From a virus: a stretch of 64,000 bases of DNA. The notes beneath the pieces are model-generated. The model did no database searches. It saw only the letters and a list, made by a program, of their open reading frames with translations, and was not told where the DNA came from. Location of the stretch: positions 32,001 through 96,000 of the IMG/VR virus record IMGVR_UViG_3300037461_000748; one strand, given 5' to 3'. Below are positions 1 through 6,969 of this stretch, one piece after another (position 1 is the stretch's first letter; each line of letters starts with the position of its first letter). A program made the translations under genes and the position numbers.

Positions 1-1
1 A

Positions 2-529
2 AACGGAAAAAATTTCGCAGAAACATTAAACAGAGAATACAGACAACTGACAAATAGCCGTAGTAAAACTCTTAAGCGTCTATCCAAACTACCGGTACGA
101 ATATACGGATCTGGAGACTTTATACCAGATCATGCGTGGTTCCTGGTTGATTTGGAATTCAAGTTTTTCATAATTTCAAAGAATCTAACCACGCCAGAAA
201 CAAAATATTACATTGAAAGGTTATTGACTATCGATAACTTAACAATGATTTGTCTTAGTTTTGACAACTATAACCTCAATAATTATGAAGGGGTATCAGG
301 TTATCTGGGCAAAGATCGAATTAAATTTGCATACACCGGTCTCGCAGATGATTTCAAATTAGTAAAATCTCAAGGGTTTATATTCAACATCTTCTTTAAC
401 ATTAGCAAGAAGGCCTTAGAGAGACAAAAATCTGCATTACATAGTGAGGCCTGCCCCTGTGACTCTGGAAAATTACCTCATAATGAGAGTTGCAGTTATT
501 GTAATAAGTGTTGGAAATCCAATGCTTAG
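2..529 (+). CDS. Gp88-like phage protein (5'-truncated by window edge)
   Basis: The frame is open from base 2 (NGKNFAETLNRE...PVRIYGSGDF...). The RIxGSGDF motif and C-terminal CPC...CSYCNKCW resemble phage Gp88-family proteins. Confidence 0.55.
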   Translation, partial: NGKNFAETLNREYRQLTNSRSKTLKRLSKLPVRIYGSGDFIPDHAWFLVDLEFKFFIISKNLTTPETKYYIERLLTIDNLTMICLSFDNYNLNNYEGVSGYLGKDRIKFAYTGLADDFKLVKSQGFIFNIFFNISKKALERQKSALHSEACPCDSGKLPHNESCSYCNKCWKSNA

Positions 530-747
530 TAATCATAGTTTTTTCAAGAATGTGCGGTGCGCACATATATGTGAATTTATTGGTATTAGAACAATGATGA
601 TAATAAGCTTTCCTCAAGAAACCATTAACAATCTCTCGGTCCGCCTTCCCGGAAGGGGTGGTCAGCCGGCCCAAAAGCTAGTTAATATTTTCTAGAAAAA
701 AGCATATTATGTATGATTATAGCCAGCTCGCAGAAACCCATTTATTT

Positions 748-908
748 TACGAGAGCGTCCCGTTCTCGTATAGTAATACCAGACTTCGCTAGATCCGCTA
801 TCGCGGCCAGAACAACACTGTTCCACGATAACGGACACCAGACGAAGTCTGGTATAAGACTGTATAAGAGAGGAAAAGAGAGGGTAAGACGCTGGAGGTT
901 CTCCAGCG
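748..908. repeat. Inverted-repeat (hairpin) cluster
   Basis: Three hairpins: TACGAGAGCG-TCC-CGTTCTCGTA (748-770); ATACCAGACTTCG (776-788) pairing with CGAAGTCTGGTAT (843-855) around nested stems; CGCTGGAG-GTT-CTCCAGCG (890-908). Confidence 0.85.
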
Positions 909-916
909 AAGCCCGG

Positions 917-977
917 CCCGGGATGGGCCCGGGAGACACCCGGGGGGCACCCGGGACAAGCCCGGGAAATACCCGGG
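917..977. repeat. Six CCCGGG hexamers at exact 11-bp period
   Basis: CCCGGG starts at 917, 928, 939, 950, 961 and 972, with variable 5-nt spacers ATGGG, AGACA, GGGCA, ACAAG, AAATA. Confidence 0.95.
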
Positions 978-1336
978 ATAGTAAACTTTTGCAACCAAAA
1001 GATTACTAACGGGGGACAACCGGACATCCGGAGGTGGCATGCACATGCATGTTAACCGGCCGGGGACCGGCGCCCTAGATCTCGAGCTCAAGGACCCAGC
1101 ATCAGCGGAGGGAAAATTCCACACACCCACTACAGGGCAAGGACGGCCAATATAGGCTCATGATATGGAAAACACCATCCGGCGATTTAGGGTTACCGGC
1201 GCCTCACGCTGCAGTACTTATAGTAACGGCCGCGCACCGGGGACCCGCCGCCATTTATCGATGCTCAGCGTTGACAAAAGCAGCGAATACCTGGAAACCG
1301 CCGCCTTTCGAATTTTTATATTGGTGCGAGTTGGTT

Positions 1337-1371
1337 TGGAGGAGTGCTTCGGCATATCCTCCATTTTTTTT
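1337..1371 (+). terminator. Intrinsic terminator
   Basis: TGGAGGA-GTGC-TTCG-GCAT-A-TCCTCCA stem with a UUCG-type loop, followed by T8. Confidence 0.75.
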
Positions 1372-1427
1372 ACATTAAGAATTCAGGTATAAGATTCCTG
1401 TAAATACTAATTTAAAATAATTAAAGG

Positions 1428-1466
1428 TTGATTTTGTCAGAGAAAATGTTTATATTATAAGTATAA
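1428..1466 (+). promoter_or_regulatory. Sigma70-like promoter, TATATT class
   Basis: TTGATT-17 nt-TATATT. 24 nt (1443-1466) are identical to the minus-strand promoter at 10947-10970. Confidence 0.7.
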
Positions 1467-1499
1467 AACCAATCATCTTTGATAAAATCAAAAAATTTT

Positions 1500-2807
1500 A
1501 TGGCTAAGAAAGCTAAACTATTTGCCTGGTGCGATTTTTTGGTCCCTACGGGCTTTGGAAATGTAGCGGGCAATTTATTAAATGACATGCACAAATACTT
1601 TGATGTAACTGTCCTTGGTATCAATTACCATGGTGATAAGAAGTACGACACTAATAAGTATTTTGTGTATCCAGTTAGTAGAGACGATATGCTTGGTATG
1701 AAAAGGTTACCTCATCTTATTAGGCAAGAAGCCCCAGACATTATTTTTTTATTTCAAGATATTTTTCACATCAGCGATATCATTGATACCATTAGAAAAA
1801 CTGTAGATCCCCGGACTAAGATCGTTACCTATTTTCCTGTCGATGGAAATCCTTTTAGCAAAGCATGGGGAAATGTTTTTAAAGCTGCCGATATTAATAT
1901 TACTTACACTGATTGGGCGGTAAGAACAATTAAGGAGACTTTCCCAGAATCTGGCGACATTTATAAATTATATCATGGTGTTGATACTAATATATATAAA
2001 CCACTGGAGATGTCCGAAATAAAAAAACACCGTGCATCGTTCGGATGGACTAATAAGTTTACGGCTATCAATGTTAATAGATTTCAACCAAGAAAAGCAA
2101 TTCCTTTTTCCATAAGAGCCTTCTCGTTGTTTGCAAAAGGTTACAAGAAGTGCAAGTGCGGCAATATTTATCCGTTTCATAAGAAATTCTGTGACCTTAA
2201 CATGTGTGGTCCCGAGGACGTGGTTGAGAAAGAAAAGAGATATCGCACAGACGTTCACCTATATCTACACATGATGGCGTCGGAGCCATCGATGGGTCCT
2301 GGAAGAGTTAATATTTTGCAAAATCATGTTTTAAATGCAGGATTTACAGACGAAGACTTAGTTAATGGTATGATCAGCATTAATGCAGCGCAAATCTACT
2401 CTGGCGCCATTACCAATGAGATGGTTAACCAAATGTATAATGCTGCCAATGTTAATATCAACTCAACACTAGGCGAAGGTTGTGGACTTTCATTAATAGA
2501 AAGTATGGCCACAGGGACACCTAGTATCGCTCCAAAGAATAGTGCTATCCCGGAAATGTTGGGAGATACTGGACACATTATTCCTAACGTAGGTTTAATG
2601 AACCAGGCAATGGACTCTGGTCATATGAGACCAATAGTGGATATCTGGAAATTTACGATGGCTTTAGAAAAGGAATACCAGAAGTGGAAAGAATCTGGAA
2701 AAGAAAAGATCATTGACCAAAAATGCATCGATAGAGTTAATAAAGAGTTTTTGTGGAAGGATAAGGTTGACTTCCTAAAGGGAATATTTGACAAAGCCAT
2801 TGCTTAA
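1500..2807 (+). CDS. GT-B (GT4-like) glycosyltransferase with Cys-rich insertion
   Basis: N-terminal PTGFGNV, VNRFQPRK and EGCGLSLIESMATGTP (Ex7E) motifs. ATG 1500 preferred over TTG 1479. Confidence 0.85.
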   Translation: MAKKAKLFAWCDFLVPTGFGNVAGNLLNDMHKYFDVTVLGINYHGDKKYDTNKYFVYPVSRDDMLGMKRLPHLIRQEAPDIIFLFQDIFHISDIIDTIRKTVDPRTKIVTYFPVDGNPFSKAWGNVFKAADINITYTDWAVRTIKETFPESGDIYKLYHGVDTNIYKPLEMSEIKKHRASFGWTNKFTAINVNRFQPRKAIPFSIRAFSLFAKGYKKCKCGNIYPFHKKFCDLNMCGPEDVVEKEKRYRTDVHLYLHMMASEPSMGPGRVNILQNHVLNAGFTDEDLVNGMISINAAQIYSGAITNEMVNQMYNAANVNINSTLGEGCGLSLIESMATGTPSIAPKNSAIPEMLGDTGHIIPNVGLMNQAMDSGHMRPIVDIWKFTMALEKEYQKWKESGKEKIIDQKCIDRVNKEFLWKDKVDFLKGIFDKAIA

Positions 2808-2847
2808 CAGTAGGCGCAGCCGTAGTAATTTGGCATTCTGCTTATTA

Positions 2848-2856
2848 GGTATAAGA
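2848..2856 (+). promoter_or_regulatory. GGTATAAGA motif (candidate phage promoter element)
   Basis: The same 9-mer occurs at 851, 1386, 2848 and 41230, all intergenic on the + strand. Confidence 0.5.
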
Positions 2857-2917
2857 ATAATAGATAGAGAAGCGCAAGATAGACTATTAATTATTCATCT
2901 AAACAAAGAGGAGCCCT

Positions 2918-3097
2918 ATGGATGATGAAATGGATCTTGGCCTAGAAGTGTTGCCGGACGAACGAGAACCTGGTGGGGATCATGTAATTATTCAGATTTG
3001 TGAAGTGACACGGGTAGATTTCTTCTACTTAAGAGACGCGGTAACAAAGCCAATGTATCCCTGGCTGTTAGCAGAGGATGTCGCAATCCGGTATTAG
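2918..3097 (+). CDS. Small acidic hypothetical protein (59 aa, not in ORF track)
   Basis: MDDEMDLGLEVLPDERE...AIRY*. AGAGGAG RBS, upstream GGTATAAGA motif and downstream terminator. Confidence 0.6.
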   Translation: MDDEMDLGLEVLPDEREPGGDHVIIQICEVTRVDFFYLRDAVTKPMYPWLLAEDVAIRY

Positions 3098-3122
3098 CAA
3101 TGGCACTTAGAGGATTGCTTAC

Positions 3123-3154
3123 AAAAAGAGGGGAAGAGTCTTCCCCTCTTTTTT
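3123..3154. terminator. Bidirectional intrinsic terminator
   Basis: AAAAAGAGGGGAAGA-G-TCTTCCCCTCTTTTTT between convergent genes. Confidence 0.9.
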
Positions 3155-3157
3155 ACA

Positions 3158-3349
3158 TTAAGAATTATCTTCGTACCAAACTGTAATAATTGGGTTGGAT
3201 TTGATAGGTCCTACGTAGGAGAACTCTTCCCTAATAACTGTACAAGATGGGTTATTAAGGATCTGTTCATAACTTGCTTTACTGTTGGGATCATCTAATT
3301 GAAACACGTCTACTTTGATTTCCCCCTCGTATGGATTATAAATACTCAT
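3158..3349 (-). CDS. Hypothetical protein
   Basis: Last ORF of the minus-strand block, ending at the terminator. Confidence 0.65.
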   Translation of the reverse strand: MSIYNPYEGEIKVDVFQLDDPNSKASYEQILNNPSCTVIREEFSYVGPIKSNPIITVWYEDNS

Positions 3350-3503
3350 TTTGTTTTACCTCTGGATCATAGTCTAATTTTTCCCATTCTCCTGCACCAG
3401 CCTGCTTTTCAAATTCTGGTGGTGCGCTCACACCTGTTGGAATTCTTAATAGTTCACCAGTTATTTTATTTTTATAAACCTCGTAGGTTCCGTATTTTTC
3501 CAT
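3336..3503 (-). CDS. Small hypothetical protein (55 aa, not in ORF track)
   Basis: MEKYGTYEVYKNKITGELLRIPTGVSAPPEFEKQAGAGEWEKLDYDPEVKQNEYL*. AGGAG RBS; overlaps the next start codon. Confidence 0.65.
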   Translation of the reverse strand: MEKYGTYEVYKNKITGELLRIPTGVSAPPEFEKQAGAGEWEKLDYDPEVKQNEYL

Positions 3504-3555
3504 ACTATGATACTCCTATTTATAGCCTTTACGTTCTTTTCATCTTAAACAATTT

Positions 3556-5427
3556 TTATGGCTCGCCTCTAGTGGCTCCTTTTGTCTTAACCTTTGGAAG
3601 TTGCTTAGGCTTATAAGGTGGATTCTGCTCAACGCCAACTGGCTCCATTTGAAAACCCGCTGCGGCTAATTCCTGCGATTGATATAGCTGCATAGTCTGC
3701 ATACGCTTTATAACTAAAGCGTAGGTAGTGGGCATTTTATTAGCCATCTCTATTAACTTCTTTTCTTGAACCTCAGGTGGTAAAGATAACAATTCAAAAG
3801 CAAACTTCTCAATGAGTTTTAACGGATCTTCTGGAATACCCATGTTTTCTTTGGCAAGTTCTTCCTGGAAAAGTTCAGCTTGAGCTTTAAGTTCTTCTTG
3901 AGCTGCCGCAATTCTTGCTCTTGTTTGATACCTTGCCTGTATTACCATTGCTTCACCTTGAGCCTCTGCTTCTGCTCTTAACGATGCAATTGTTTCGTCT
4001 AATTTACTTGCACGTCCTTTGCGTAATGCGTCTTGTTCCTCATCATACTGCAATCCGAATTCATCTAACAGTCGTGCATCTGAAATTTTACCTTGTGCAC
4101 TTAATTCTACGGCTAATTGTTTTTCTTGGGCGTCATCAGACATTTTAAATTTCTTAAACTTAACCTCTGCCTTTGGGTATTTTAGCATCGATACAAGTTT
4201 ATCTATTAAGAAAAAGTTAACAAAGTCTAATAACAACTCTCTATAAGTTAAGAAATGGTTCTCTACGATGCGTAACGATATTGAAGAACCTGTCCAGGTG
4301 GTTCCTCCTTTAACGAACTCAATTGGAACTCCAAGAGAGTTAATTATACTTTCTTCGATGAACTTCATTTCAGGTGTTAGAAGAAGTGCTCTAGCATTTC
4401 CCCCTAGCTCCTGATAACCAATTGGAATTGGAAATATCCCAATGTGATTTGGGTCAGTTTTCCACTTCTTAATCTGTTCTTCCATTTGGCCGCGCCACTT
4501 CCCAAGGTTCATCTGGGTGTAGGGATCAAGTGTTGTAGTATTCGCAGGAAATATACTTTTTTTCGGAACAACATGCTCATGTGATATGGCTTCATTACCA
4601 CGCTTAAGAGTTTGTAAATAATAAATTTCTTTAAGAGCAGGTAATATTATAGGCTTTCCCCAACCCATGTCATCTTCCGCCAGCGTAGGTCTCTTAAAAT
4701 GATATAAGTTATTATCGTCTAATACGATGGATTTCTTTTCACGCAGCGCTTCGAGAAACACTTCCGGAACTTCTTTTAGTAGCGCCTTATCTCCACGCAT
4801 TAGGCCTGCTTTAATCTTCTGTGGAATATTATAATAATAAATACTTGTTCCAGTTAACGGATTAAAATCAATTTCAATATTTTCAGGAGCATATCTTAAC
4901 AACTTAAAATTATCAATGCTTTTAATATGTTCGTCGATAATTTTGAATTCGACTCCGCTAGTATTGCACTTTGGACATGTTCCTATTAATTTGAAATTTC
5001 TCAGCTTATATTCTTTTATGCTGTCAATTGGAGATAATTCTTCGCACTTTGAACATTTAAAGAAACGTCTAGGCTTCATGTAAACAGATATAAAGCAATT
5101 ACCATACGTAAAATAATCAAGACCTATCTCTATTAGAAAGCTCTTTAATTTAATCTTTTTATTAAAGGCGTAAATATACTTTTCTCTAGTATCCTTGGAT
5201 ACCGTAGTCTCAAACAATACATCTGTAATTGGGTACTCTGTAAGCTTAGTCACTACATTTCTTAGAAATCCATTAGTGTAGAAAAACGTTCTGCAAAACT
5301 TAAACAACGTCTTAATATTATTAGGAATGTAGTTATTAGCTAAATCAAAAAACGGATTTGGATATCTAGTACGGTTATAAACCGAAGTAGTGCTTAGATC
5401 CGCCTCTTCTAATGGTCTTACTGACAT
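3556..5427 (-). CDS. Portal protein
   Basis: 623 aa. Portal-like pattern IGLDYFTYGNCF...LYHFK...WGKPIILPALKEIYYLQ...IINSLGVPIEF...VKFKKFKM, with a Zn-ribbon insertion. Confidence 0.75.
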   Translation of the reverse strand: MSVRPLEEADLSTTSVYNRTRYPNPFFDLANNYIPNNIKTLFKFCRTFFYTNGFLRNVVTKLTEYPITDVLFETTVSKDTREKYIYAFNKKIKLKSFLIEIGLDYFTYGNCFISVYMKPRRFFKCSKCEELSPIDSIKEYKLRNFKLIGTCPKCNTSGVEFKIIDEHIKSIDNFKLLRYAPENIEIDFNPLTGTSIYYYNIPQKIKAGLMRGDKALLKEVPEVFLEALREKKSIVLDDNNLYHFKRPTLAEDDMGWGKPIILPALKEIYYLQTLKRGNEAISHEHVVPKKSIFPANTTTLDPYTQMNLGKWRGQMEEQIKKWKTDPNHIGIFPIPIGYQELGGNARALLLTPEMKFIEESIINSLGVPIEFVKGGTTWTGSSISLRIVENHFLTYRELLLDFVNFFLIDKLVSMLKYPKAEVKFKKFKMSDDAQEKQLAVELSAQGKISDARLLDEFGLQYDEEQDALRKGRASKLDETIASLRAEAEAQGEAMVIQARYQTRARIAAAQEELKAQAELFQEELAKENMGIPEDPLKLIEKFAFELLSLPPEVQEKKLIEMANKMPTTYALVIKRMQTMQLYQSQELAAAGFQMEPVGVEQNPPYKPKQLPKVKTKGATRGEP

Positions 5428-5431
5428 TTAT

Positions 5432-5638
5432 TTACTCACCTTGTTTTTGTAAATATTTAAGTAACCTGCTTTTTGTATTGTCATCTATTTTTGTTGGTAA
5501 CTCCTCTCCAGTTTGTTTTTTATAGGCTTTTCTGTACCTCGGCATAAATACTCTATTAAAATACCAATCTTTTTCTTCATCTGTAAGCTTGGTAAATTGT
5601 TTTGCCAATTTTTCAAAGACAATATCAGCTTTATCCAT
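5432..5638 (-). CDS. Small protein with FEKLA leader (putative head internal protein)
   Basis: N-terminus MDKADIVFEKLA. Confidence 0.65.
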   Translation of the reverse strand: MDKADIVFEKLAKQFTKLTDEEKDWYFNRVFMPRYRKAYKKQTGEELPTKIDDNTKSRLLKYLQKQGE

Positions 5639-6104
5639 TTTTTAAATACTCCATGATCTTTAAATACTTTAGTGCCTGTATTCCCCAGAAATCTTCTTGA
5701 AGAGGAAATGGCCCATCATTGGCCAATGCTTTCACTTTTTCAAGATACGGGTTCTCAATGTCAAGCATCGGATGATAAAAATAATATCCGTTGTCATTAA
5801 AGATATATTTAATATACATTAACACTTCGTGAGCCAACTCTATCTTTGGATGAATCTTATAGATTATGTCTAATGCTCTCCAAATAAACTCTGGCTTTGA
5901 TCCTTCAGTCTCTTTAATATTAGGGCTAACATTATTCAGCACTAATATAGCATTCTCGAATATGTCCATGTCTTCATAGGCAGCGCGAGTGCTCATTAAT
6001 ACCCTTAGAACTTGTATCTGTTCTTTATCTATATCGGTAAGAAACGGATATAGTCTGCTAATGGTTTCTGGTTCGAGATCTTCTATTTGTAATAAGTCTT
6101 TCAT
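5631..6104 (-). CDS. Hypothetical protein (head module)
   Basis: 157 aa ORF tightly packed with its neighbours. Confidence 0.7.
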   Translation of the reverse strand: MKDLLQIEDLEPETISRLYPFLTDIDKEQIQVLRVLMSTRAAYEDMDIFENAILVLNNVSPNIKETEGSKPEFIWRALDIIYKIHPKIELAHEVLMYIKYIFNDNGYYFYHPMLDIENPYLEKVKALANDGPFPLQEDFWGIQALKYLKIMEYLKNG

Positions 6105-6109
6105 TGTAA

Positions 6110-6466
6110 TTACACTATGTCATATTTAAGGGAAGACCCGCCACGTACATTTGGCGTCATATCCAATATCATTCTTAGTGAAGGACCCCCGGATTGTTTT
6201 GGTTTTAGCACTTGTGATGTACGATAAACAGGGACCTTTTTTACATGTCTAAATTTAGCCGCTATTTCTGCATTATAAAATTTGCCTATGCGTCTCCCTA
6301 TATTATTTCGAATTTTTCTTGCAGTAGTTATAAATGGATCATTTGGGTCAATAGTCTTAAAAAACTTTCTCATGTCCTCCCGTCTTCTAAGCATAGCTAT
6401 TCGTGCCCTATGAAGTGTTCCTTCACTAAGTGCTAGTTTTTCGAATATTAAACCCGGTTTATCCAT
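6110..6466 (-). CDS. Basic protein with FEKLA leader (putative head internal protein)
   Basis: N-terminus MDKPGLIFEKLA; Arg/Lys-rich. Confidence 0.65.
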   Translation of the reverse strand: MDKPGLIFEKLALSEGTLHRARIAMLRRREDMRKFFKTIDPNDPFITTARKIRNNIGRRIGKFYNAEIAAKFRHVKKVPVYRTSQVLKPKQSGGPSLRMILDMTPNVRGGSSLKYDIV

Positions 6467-6670
6467 TTATGCAGCTCTCCGTCTTGTTCCAACTGGGGGT
6501 AATTTTGCTTTGCCCTCTTGCATCATTTTAACGGCATCGTCATATGACACACCATAGTGTGTCATAACTCTTTCAACTTCTGATTTTGCAAAGTTTCTCA
6601 TCCCTCTGCCATGGCGAGAACCTCCAATGAATCGTGATAACTTTTCAAATACTTGTTCTGCTTTGTTCAT
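6467..6670 (-). CDS. Small basic protein with FEKLS leader
   Basis: N-terminus MNKAEQVFEKLS. Confidence 0.65.
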   Translation of the reverse strand: MNKAEQVFEKLSRFIGGSRHGRGMRNFAKSEVERVMTHYGVSYDDAVKMMQEGKAKLPPVGTRRRAA

Positions 6671-6692
6671 TTTATTAAATTAATCCTCTAAT

Positions 6693-6965
6693 TTATTCTA
6701 GAGAATAGTGTCTATTCCCATTATTATCCTTGTACGGCTTGTCAGGCTTCGGAAGATCTTTGTCCCATTTAAATTTAGCATTAAACGCTCCATCACCATC
6801 TACTCCAATGGTAATCGTTCGGGAACTGCCCATAGCTCCTAGAGTTTCCATGTATTCTAAGATGCCCAAGAACTGAGGAATAGACTGGGTAGGCATTCTA
6901 ACTTGAATGTTAAAAGTCTTATAATCTAATGCTAACTTTTTAAATAACTTTTCTACCTTATCCAA
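6693..6965 (-). CDS. Small protein with FKKLA leader
   Basis: TTG start; N-terminus MDKVEKLFKKLA. Confidence 0.65.
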   Translation of the reverse strand: MDKVEKLFKKLALDYKTFNIQVRMPTQSIPQFLGILEYMETLGAMGSSRTITIGVDGDGAFNAKFKWDKDLPKPDKPYKDNNGNRHYSLE

Positions 6966-6969
6966 TTTA

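Larger units (their letters stand above)
545..1385. other. GC-rich non-coding island with hairpins, a phased repeat and dense palindromes (candidate origin, genome end or ncRNA locus)
   Basis: Sharp GC increase over the AT-rich flanks. Only spurious Pro/Arg/Gly-rich ORFs are present. Many inverted repeats. Confidence 0.7.

Noticed and set aside
776-855. Retron msr-msd or tRNA
   Set aside because: No reverse transcriptase in the window, and no cloverleaf or T-loop consensus.
917-977. CRISPR-like repeat-spacer pattern
   Set aside because: The 6-nt repeat and 5-nt spacers are far too short, and there are no cas genes.
1077-1092. AGATCTCGAGCTCAAG resembles, from memory, part of a common cloning-vector polylinker (possible contamination)
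   Set aside because: The match is only about 16 nt, the flanks do not continue as vector, and the island carries the phage's own GGTATAAGA motif. A vector screen and read check are still advisable.
1366-1383. 18-nt TTTTTTACATTAAGAATT shared with 3149-3166 after two terminators
   Set aside because: AT-rich, partly the terminator U-tract, and only two copies; not enough to call a site.
402-1392. Seven overlapping ORFs of 65-110 aa in the GC-rich island
   Set aside because: Pro/Arg/Gly-rich translations of palindromic DNA on both strands, with no RBS and a codon style unlike the rest of the genome.
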